From positions 152,954,001 through 153,018,000 of the forward strand of contig OX597815.1 in the NCBI GenBank assembly GCA_951406725.2: DNA of 64,000 nt, given 5' to 3'. Below are positions 54,103-64,000 of the stretch, piece after piece (the stretch's first letter is position 1; the number at the start of each line of letters is the position of its first letter). The position numbers were made by a program, and so were the translations under genes. The DNA comes from Octopus vulgaris (lineage: Eukaryota). The notes under the pieces are model-generated. The model saw only the letters and a program-made list of their open reading frames with translations, made no database searches and had not been told where the DNA came from.

Positions 54103-54281
54103 TGTATGTATGTATGTATGTATGTATGTATGTATGTGTGTGTGAGTGTGTGCGTATTTTTGCATTTCGTTAAATTTAGAGTTTTAAAATGTGTTCTAAA
54201 AGTTATTTTTTGAAGATACAGAGAAAGGGAGAGGGAGAGAGCGAAAATCATTATAGACTACAAACGTATACATACACATGG

Positions 54282-54324
<43 letters not shown>

Positions 54325-54407
54325 GTATATACATTGACATATATATATACTTTTTATTTATTATTTTGTACATTACTTAATCATTGGTGTTGTGTTTTTA
54401 TCTTATA

Positions 54408-55275
54408 CTAGCATTAAAGACCCGTCGTTGCCGGGTCATAGTGCTAGTGCATGTATATATGTGTATATTTATGTGTACATATTACATGTACATCTATATA
54501 TATACACATCTACACATAAAATACAAAATACAAAGTTATATCTTGATATCGCTAGTGCGGGACGTCCTACGTCCCAGATATAAAGATAAAAATAAAATAT
54601 TTCCACTTTGCAAGTTCGAGTCGAGTACGCCCTTTCACGCTCCGTTGACTCGAACCTTGCTTCTATTGTTGCGAATTTACCGCCTCTGATTAGATACCTT
54701 TCATAGTCGCACCAAGGCATTTTTCGAAGGTGCTTTCCTCCATGTGTTCAAATCTTCTTTTTTCTCTACATTGTATACTTTATAGACAATAGTCTTTTCT
54801 TTAATTTAATTTTTTATTATCCATCTGAACTATTCCATTTCTGCACGCTAATTTTATTTTTAATTTATTGCCATTCATGTGAAACCACTTATTCAAGTTC
54901 AAATCATTGATGCAATTTTATACCAATTGCTATTTTTACTTTTGTTATGTTACGATTATATTATACTTTAGTTTGATTTTAATTATTATAATTCAATTGT
55001 TATTATTATTTTTATTGTTAAAGTGAAAGTATCTGACATAAAAAAGAGAAACGTTTTTGTTTCACTTTTAACACGTAAAACTGAAATAGTGGAGAAGATA
55101 TGATATTGATATGGGCTCGCTCTAGGCAAGAAGTTGAACATTTTTTTGCCCATGAAACTACCTGGACCCTAAGTAAGGCATGTGTAAAATTTGAATGGAA
55201 TTGGTTGTGTAGTTCTCAAGTTTTAGGGAAACACACAGACAGACACACATTCTCAGTTTTATATATATATGAAGA
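54408..55275 (-). mobile_element. Non-autonomous Helitron (868 bp)
   Basis: Minus: A|TCTTCATATATATATAAAACTG ... GACCCGGCAACGACGGGTC hairpin ... CTAG|T. Confidence 0.82.
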
Positions 55276-55429
55276 TTTAATTTTTTTCTATATGGTATAA
55301 TTTAATTATTTCATTGGTGAATTGATAAAAGGTGTTTTTTTCTAATTTATATACATATATTATGTTTTGTGAAATTTGATTTAGTATTACTAAATTGAAT
55401 TTTTCCCTGTAAGTTTGGAATCATATTCC

Positions 55430-55481
<52 letters not shown>

Positions 55482-55668
55482 CATTATTATTATTATTATT
55501 ATTATAATATATACTTTATATATATTTGTGTCTGTGTGTGTTTATACACACAGAATGAATGTGTATGCATGTTTATATGCATATATATATAAGATATAAA
55601 AATATATATGTATATGTATATATGTACATTTAAACATTTGTATATCATTGTATACAGCTATACACACA

Positions 55669-55718
<50 letters not shown>

Positions 55719-56408
55719 TATATACTTTTGAGAGAGGGAGAGAGGGCGCGTGCAAGAGAGAAAGAAACAATGAGAGTGAATAGGAGATATTTATATTCCA
55801 TCCTCCGACTTTTATATACCAAACCATTGTTTTCTATTCAATTTAAGACTATTAACACAGATACATTATTAAAGTTGTTAACCAGATGAATAAATTAAAA
55901 TAAAAAATATAATATCTGAAAAATAATGTACTTTGAAATCCTTTTATCTACGGTTCCATATAACTCATAATTTCCAAATAAATGTTCATCAAAGACTAAA
56001 CGGTTGAGATTCACCTAAGAGAGTTGCACCGACTATTATGGCGTGAACGCATAATACAGATGATTTTTCTGGTTAAAAATTAAGATTGATGGAGAGCTGT
56101 AAAAAAGAAAAAAAAATCAATGAAAACTCCGTGTTTCAGTTCATTGGATGAAGAAATAGGGTATAACTTTGATGAAATCCTCAAGAGAGAAAGGATTAAT
56201 TGGTTGGAAGAATGTAATTCTAAACATTACCAGGGAATACTTCACGTTTCAGTGATGACACGATATTTGATAAAGATATAGAGATGTAAAATATTTTATA
56301 ACTCAACTTTTCGGCGCATTCGCAAAAGCAAAAATAAATTTGTCTTTGTTTTAGTTGTCGTTTATATGTTCGGTAGAACAAACAGGTTAAATGGAGTTCA
56401 ATACAGGA

Positions 56409-56443
<35 letters not shown>

Positions 56444-56484
56444 TGTCTAAGTTTCTCTAAAGGAGACTGCGGCAGCGGTACTGG

Positions 56485-57081
56485 ATATTAATAGTTATCG
56501 CCAAGCTAACATGGCAGTCCAGAAAGATAGGACAAATGCTGCAATTCATTAGCTCCAAAAGGCCATCGCCTCTAGCTAGCTATGTGACACACGAACCTGT
56601 GTCCATTATAACCTTCGAACAGGGGAGGTCAGCCGCTTCCTCTTGCTGGTCAGGCATCTGCAGACATGTTTCAGAGTATTTGCCCCTTATCAATGTAGTG
56701 CATCCGAACCAGGTAAGTGTCGCTAGTGACCGTCTTTTCGAAGGATTATTTACCTAAATTCAGTGGTTTTCAAAAATAGAAATATTAATATTTCTAAGTC
56801 TCTCTAAAGAACAGACTTGGGTAAATAATCCTTCGAACAGACGGTTAGTAGCGACACCTGCCTGGTTCAGCTGCTCTAGATTAATAAGGGGCAAATACCC
56901 TGAAACCTGTCTGTAGATGCCAGACCAGCAAGAGGAAGCGGCTGACCTCTCCTGTTTGAATAGACACAGTTTCGTGTGTCACATAGCTAGCTAGAGGCGA
57001 TGGCCTCTTGGAGCTAATGAACGGCAGCATTCGTCCTATTTTTCTGGATTTCCATGTTAGCTTGGTGATAACTATTAATAT
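56485..57081. repeat. Long diverged inverted repeat (~265-bp arms), each arm with a hammerhead-like motif
   Basis: 56485-56755 vs 56819-57081; flanked by (TA)n. Confidence 0.92.
56658..56698 (-). ncRNA. Minimal hammerhead motif with U3-A8 core
   Basis: Minus: ctaca-TTGATAA-ggggc aaat actct-GAAA-catg-TC-tgcag; mirror copy at 56876-56916(+) reads TTAATAA...GAAA-cctg-TC-tgtag. Confidence 0.65.
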
Positions 57082-57240
57082 ATATATATATATGTTTTAT
57101 GTTATCTGTATTACTTTTAATTGGTAACAAGTTACAAATGTGATCCAACAGCCGAGATGTTTGTACATGACAGTTATAAAACTGATAAGCTTAATAACTC
57201 CCATAAGTAAAACTCTCGGTCCTTGAATCACATATGTAAC

Positions 57241-57323
<83 letters not shown>

Positions 57324-57439
57324 ACACACACACACACACACATATATATCTGTTGTCTGTAAGTTGTATGTAAGTCAGAAAAGAAATACACTGTTAAAGA
57401 AATTTTGAGCAGTTATACATTATGTATTCGTGTAGCATA

Positions 57440-58160
57440 TCCTTCGTTATGGCAATAAATGCAGGAAGTTATCATTGGTTTCGCGTCTATTATTACACTG
57501 GACAATATAGACATCTCATCAGATAAGGAAGCACTGGCAGTTAGCGGTTTTAAGAACTGAATCACCAATGTGCCAGGATTTCGCATTCACAAATGAAAAC
57601 ACTGCCTTAAAGCTCTGTTTGCCTCATCTTTCTCATTCAACGTCAAAACCATATGTGGGAAGGTCTTCCTTAGATTAGAAGATAATCATTTCACACCGTC
57701 CCATACCTATAGGAGATTATTCAAGATACGTAACCCAAGGTTCTCTTTTTATCTATGCACCTAGTGTAAAAAAGATACTAGTGAAAGCCCTCTAACTTCG
57801 CATTCATGCAGGATGCTTATGTAGCGTTAGCAATGAACGCCCTGTGAGTGGTCGATGAAACACTGAGGTCGTAACCTACGAAACAGAGTTAGTGTCCAAC
57901 AGTAGCAGGAATAGCATCAGTATCAATAGACGCACACACAAAAATATGTTGGTTCAATGGAGGTCCCTTTTCAGGCTTGGGTAACTCATTACAGGTTCTC
58001 TTTCAGGCTCCCGAAGAGACACGACTTTACAACATTAATCAGCTATATGTGGCTCCTGTGAGCGCCATATAAAACCAACTGGAAACTGCTAGAATAACAT
58101 AGGCCGTACCTCAATAATATTTTGAAAATAAAACCAGCGTTCCTCGAGAATTCACTGTTT
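57440..58160 (+). mobile_element. Decayed Penelope-like fragment (Naiad-like thumb + GIY-YIG)
   Basis: FSFNVKTICGKVFLRLEDNHFTPSHTYRRLF and GSMEVPFQAWVTHYRFSFRLPKRHDFTTLISYMWLL. Confidence 0.6.
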
Positions 58161-58275
58161 CAGATCCTTTCAGTGATATACACACATGCATGCACACATA
58201 CACTCTCATTTATGTAGTAGATATGTATGTGTATGTATATATGAATAACAAATTATAAATATATATACATACATA

Positions 58276-58330
<55 letters not shown>

Positions 58331-58349
58331 ATGTATATATATATATATA

Positions 58350-59070
58350 TGTCATTATTCAGTTTTATTTTAAGATTTCTTGCCAATAGAGAAAGAGCCG
58401 GTTTCTAACGTAGATCCAAAAAGAAATTGGAATTTCAATAACGTCAACAGGGTATTTTTGTATGTATGTACACGTGCAGATTTGTATGTTTTGTTTTATG
58501 TATGTCTTATGCATATACTTGCATATCTAGACATGCTCATATATACTTAGAAAATAGACTTTTGAAAAGTTTTCCAGATTTTCACAGTTCCAGTGATGGC
58601 TTGGATCTGTAGTTTTCGAATCAGCTTTCTCCACTCTGGTTTTGAGAAATCTTATTTCTCAAGATTGGTATATATAATAGATGTCTCCCCCATAGGAAAT
58701 ATGTTTAAGTTGAGTTGCACTAAAATGTGGCAAGAAAACCCAGACTTTCTAGTAACATGAATACGGATTCTAGCAATAAATAAAGTTATATATACTACGA
58801 TACAAGATAAGTTGTTGATTTATTAAAATTACCTTCTTTTCATGCCTTAAGATATTTCAATTCAGAAGAACTCTTTATTCTTGAAATACACCAGCTCTCA
58901 TTTCGAGTTGGTCGGAATTGGCACAAAGTATTTGTTAACTGTTCTTTGAAAAGGAAGAGAATTTCAGTAAAACAAGAATTTATATTATATGGCATTTGGT
59001 AGATATATATTCGTCTTTATTTTCTGTTTTTATGCCCTTAGGCATAATTATTTCTTTTAGCTTAACTCCG
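58350..59070 (-). mobile_element. RLE-type non-LTR retrotransposon 3' end (decayed)
   Basis: C-terminal KPEWRKLIRKLQIQAITGTVKIWKTFQK followed by a 3'UTR ending ...AATAAAACTGAATAATGA. Confidence 0.5.
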
Positions 59071-59086
59071 TTTACACACAGACATA

Positions 59087-59178
<92 letters not shown>

Positions 59179-59367
59179 ATCTACCTACCTACATACCTAC
59201 CTACACACAGACATATATATATTTATTTAAGCGTTCGCGCGCGTTTGAGTGACGCCAACGTCGGATTCTGCATTATACGAATGCAACAGTTTAATAGAAA
59301 AATATTAGTTATTACATGTAGCGGACATGTGAAAACAGTGCTGTGAATTAAACAAACGTTTAGATAA

Positions 59368-59540
59368 GGCGCAGGAGTGGTGACTGTCTGGCAAGAAGCT
59401 TGCTTTCCAATGACATGGTTCCGGGTTCAGTCCAACTATGTGGCACCTTGGGCAATTGTCTTCTTCTGTAGCCTCGGACCGACTAAAGCCTTGTGAGTGG
59501 ATGTGGCAGACGAAAACTGAAAGAAACCCGTCTTATATAT
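59368..59540 (+). mobile_element. SINE family A 5' half
   Basis: GGCGCAGGAGTGG head through AAAGAAACCCGTC. Confidence 0.85.
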
Positions 59541-59865
59541 AGGAGGGGGTACCCAAAGGTAACCGGAAACGTTATTTGTGGCACAAGCCCATTATAGTTC
59601 TGGCTTCTGCCGCTAGAAGCCACTTGATGCAACCCTCAAGCATCAGTCTGCCGACCGGCGCCTTAGGCTGTAGTCGTATTGCTACGTTGTGCGTCGTTGT
59701 TTTGCAATACTTCTGCTCTGCTCGTCGATTTTTGCGATGACTGAAAAGTAGGAACAGCGTGCTTCTGTGAAATTCTGTTTTCTACTGGGGAAAACGGAGG
59801 CCGAAATAACTGTCATGCTTCAAACAGCTTACAAGGAAGGCTGCTATGAACAAAACGCAAGTTAT
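59541..59865 (+). mobile_element. Mariner 5' fragment
   Basis: EQRASVKFCFLLGKTEAEITVMLQTAYKE...MNKTQV (N-terminal HTH), starting after TA. Confidence 0.75.
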
Positions 59866-59934
59866 CTGTTTATCTCTCCCTCCTTCCTGCCATCCATCCA
59901 TTTATCTATTTATGTATGTGTGTATGTATGTGTG

Positions 59935-59968
<34 letters not shown>

Positions 59969-60004
59969 TGTATGTATGTATGTATGTATGTATGTATTTA
60001 TCTG

Positions 60005-60072
<68 letters not shown>

Positions 60073-60085
60073 CCTACCTACCTAC

Positions 60086-60958
60086 CAGATTACAAGAGGT
60101 GGAGAAGTTTACCTATCTGGGCTCTACCGTCACCTACAACCTATCCCTTGACGCTGAGCTCAATATACGCATTGGCAAGGCAGCTGCTGCGATGGCCCAA
60201 CTCTCCAAACGGGCTTGGGACAACAATAAGCTGACCAAGACCACAAAAATGAAGATCTACCAGGCATGTGTACTCAGCACTCTACTGTATGGAAGCGAGA
60301 CCTGGACGCTATACACACGCCAAGAGCGTCGCCTAAACATCTTTCACCTGCGCTGCCTCCGAAAAATCCTCCACATCAAATGGCAGAAACATATCCCCAA
60401 CAAAGATGTCCTCAGGCAAGCAGGAATACCAAGCATGTTTGCACTCCTCACACAAAGACGTATGAGATGGCTTGGGCATGTTAGCCGTATGAAAGATGGC
60501 AGAATCCCCAAGGACATACTCTACGGAGAGCTTGCTAGGGGTACTAGGTCTGTGGGTAGACCGATCTTACGTTACAAGGATGTTTGCAAAAGGGATATGA
60601 AGGCCTGCAACATCAACATTAGCGGTTGGGAGGCAGTCGCCGGCAACCGTGGAGAATGGCGACGTACAGTAAAAGAGGGTATACAGAGGAGTGACAGAAA
60701 GAGAGAGGAGAAATGGAAAGAAAGGAAGAGACATAAACAAGAGACCATGGCACTACAACCAGCCAGGAACAGTCTTCGCTACATTTGCAGTACCTGCCAG
60801 AGGGAGTGTTTGTCCAGGATAGGACTACACAGCCACAGCAAGAAATGTAACAGGAAATAAAATATAACAGCCGGACTAGACCTAGAGAAAAAAAAAAAAA
60901 AAAAATGCGCAACTCCATTGTCTCCCGAGACAGAAAGGATGCCAATACAATACAATAC
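60086..60958 (+). mobile_element. 5'-truncated RTE (BovB-like) LINE with open C-terminal ORF and intact 3' tail
   Basis: LQEVEKFTYLGST..RIGKA..IYQACVLSTLLYGSETW..RWLGHV..IPKDILYGEL..CSTCQRECLSRIGLHSHSKKC; 3' stem-loop TGTCTCCCGAGACA; (CAATA)n tail. Confidence 0.95.
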
Positions 60959-61043
60959 CTACCTACCTACCTACCTACCTACCTACCTACCTACCTATCT
61001 ACATATCTACCTACCTACCTACCTATCTATCTATCTATCCATC

Positions 61044-61138
<95 letters not shown>

Positions 61139-62073
61139 CGTACATACATGTTTGCACACGCTCACAAACATACATATATAAACTCACACGCTTACCACAG
61201 AGCTGTACCAAAATATAGTAAAATTGACTGAGAATCTAATGCATTTAAAATTATATCCTTATTGAGAAGCTCGCAGGTTTAATGTAGTGAAAATACATTT
61301 GGTAAAATATCGGTGAACAAAACCATCTTCGAGGAAAAATAGAAAAGAAATATAGAAGAGCACCAACTGGTGATTGTGCTTATAGGCTTTATTAATACGA
61401 CTCTTCTGAAATATAACAACATTGGTTTCAACACATGATTTCAGAACAAAATTCTTGCAACACAAATTCAAAGTCGGCACGCATACAGTCATACACACAT
61501 TTGCGCCCCCACACACATACATACACAGACAGACAGACACATTTGCGCCTCCACACATATACATACACAGACAGACAGACACATACAAACTAGATATGCA
61601 TACAGTGCTTAGACAAATGCCGGAGACGATGATAAGTCTTCTGGCTGATCTATTTGTTGAACTCGTCATCATTATGTATCGTATCTTGTTTTTTCAGTGC
61701 GTTGATGACTGTGCAACGAAAGTCTTCTCGACGAAGCGAGATTTCTTCCATCGGATGAAACTACAGCATTACTTCGTTCTGATTTCCTCATAGTGTTTTC
61801 TCGTCAGAGATATTGGATGGCCGTTTGCCCACAAGAAGCTCATACGGCCTTCGACAGGTCTTGTTTATAGTCCTGCTGGTTTAATCGCCGACCATTCAAC
61901 CGTGAAACAGGTAACACTGGCTTATATCGAACCAGCAGCAGGTCTCATCAGGCTGTGATGAGATCCCTGACCTAACTATCTATGAAACTACGTCATTGAA
62001 CTAATGCATAATTAGCTGAGTATTCCACAAACACGTGTACTCTTAACATTATTCTTATGCTTAATCAACGATA

Positions 62074-62948
62074 CATAGTCTGATCAATAAGTATCCGGAC
62101 TGTGGCCATAGTAACGAAGCTAAAGCATGCAGAGTGAAGTCGCTTGGCACAGATTGACCTTGAACTCTGCTGTGCATTCGCCCAAAGTTTTAACGTTTTA
62201 TCTCTCTTCCGCTGTTTACAATAGTGCTTGGAAGGAACGCGTTTAGCGTGTGATCGTCGCATTGACCATGAGCCTGTATAAAATTTTGCCAAAAGCTTGG
62301 CGATATCTGCTCAGAGAACTATATAAAGTTGCAGAAAGTGAATGGAGAGGAGTGTATGAGCTGAAAAATGTCGATAGTATCGAGCATTCTGGGAGACGAG
62401 CAACCAACAGAACTAAGAAAAACATCGCAAATGTGCGTGCAGCAGTGAGGGGATATCGTTGAACCTGTGAGGTATCAGAGGATGTGCAGATTAGTTACAG
62501 TTCAGTTCAGTCCATCATCACAAAAGACTTAGGTATGTGACGCGTGTCTGCCAAGTTTGTGCTGAAACTGATTGAGCTGACAATGCGCCTGTTCATTCAA
62601 CGCAGATTGTGCAGCAGTTTTTGGCCAGGCACAGCGTTCCCCAGGTGCGACAGTCACCGTATTCCTCAGATCTCGCCCCTTGCAACTTTTTCCTCTTTCC
62701 AAAAATCAAATCTCGCTTGAAAGGAAGGTTTCAGGACGTCGAGGAAATCAAAGCGAATGCGATGAGGCAGCAGCTGCTGGTTATCCCATAAAACGAGTTC
62801 CACGTAATCTTCTATCAATGGAAACAGCGCTAGATTAAGTGTGTGGCTTCTGAAGGGGACTACGTTGAAGGAGATTAAATGCCAAATTGGTATATATTGT
62901 AGTTTTGTTTTTATAGTACCAATCCGGATAGCTATTGATCAAACCTCG
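62074..62948 (+). mobile_element. Internally deleted mariner with TIRs and TA TSDs
   Basis: TA|CATAGTCTGATCAATAAGTATCCGGA ... TCCGGATAGCTATTGATCAAACCTCG|TA; SPYSSDLAPCNFFLFPKIKSRLKG. Confidence 0.88.
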
Positions 62949-63289
62949 TAACCAGTGTTTTACAAAACTGACACTGTGAATCTCAGGTATAGACAAGTTG
63001 AGGGTTCTTCCTTCCAAACTTTCACTTCCAAATCTTGCATTGTTCGAAGACTGTGGTAAAAATAACATCATTTTGTGGAATCGAACTCAAGAGCTCACAA
63101 TTGCAAAGCGAACTTGTTAACCACTTGGGCATGGTTGCGCCTATGCATACAAAACACACGCACATATTTCTATCCAAACATATACATTTATTTTGCTGTG
63201 TGTGTGTGCGTGTGTATGTGTGTATCTATATACAAAGATACACACGTCAATATATACATACATACATACTCGCATACATACACACACAC

Positions 63290-63320
<31 letters not shown>

Positions 63321-63520
63321 CACACATTTATATATGATGGTGATGATAGATGTCAACTTAGTTGTGAGCACGATCATTACATATGTGCGTGTGTGTGTGT
63401 ATATACTGTATAAAATGTGTGGGTATATATACATACACATACACACATATATACAGTTATGGTCTTATATCTATATATGTATGTGTGTGGTGTACGTCTA
63501 TTCATGAGTGAATATTTATG

Positions 63521-63569
<49 letters not shown>

Positions 63570-64000
63570 CACGCGCGCTCACACACACATATGGATATAT
63601 ATATATATATACATATACATATGTATATACATAAACATACATACATATGTATAAATGTTTTCTCACCACGTTGTTATAAGACAGCGTTCCACTTCCTTCG
63701 AATTAAGTATATTAAACATACTATTTTGTGTGTAATTTGACACACAATATGCTACATGAACTCACAAAAAAGTTTCTGCTTCTGCTGTTTATCAGATTAT
63801 CTACGATCTCTTATTTAAGAACATTCAAGTAAAGATGCTTATCTTTGCAATAACGAAAATACAACAAACGCAGCAAAAATAAACTAGCAACAAAACATAA
63901 CCTTTGTTTAGATTGCCTAAGAAAGTCTTATTGGTATGACAGAACTACTTTGCAATATTTATCTGATTTTGTGGCGAGCGTCGTGGATCAAGAGATAAAC

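Noticed and set aside
59916-60860. 314-aa ORF as a host gene
   Set aside because: The N-terminus is microsatellite and the rest is a truncated RTE ORF

Overview
AT-rich, microsatellite-dense eukaryotic DNA, most likely octopus/cephalopod intronic or intergenic sequence (inferred from the SINE families and repeat load). No host protein-coding gene can be supported; nearly all ORF-track entries are microsatellite translations or transposon debris. Contents: many copies of two tRNA-derived SINE families (plus a third), Tx1/L1-like, RTE and Dong/R4-like LINE remnants, three Penelope-like (RT + GIY-YIG) remnants, a decayed autonomous Helitron and two non-autonomous ones, and three mariner elements. 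The most notable signals are: (1) about ten minimal type-I hammerhead ribozyme motifs in short (TA)n-flanked repeats, apparently using three Watson-Crick versions of the 3-8 core pair (C3-G8, U3-A8, G3-C8); (2) a 505-bp-period retrozyme-like repeat; (3) a CRE/CCAAT x6 + TATA promoter-like array pointing at a hammerhead; (4) a 2-kb ORF1-only LINE derivative with a 13-bp TSD inside a SINE tRNA head. All calls were read by eye; boundaries are approximate.
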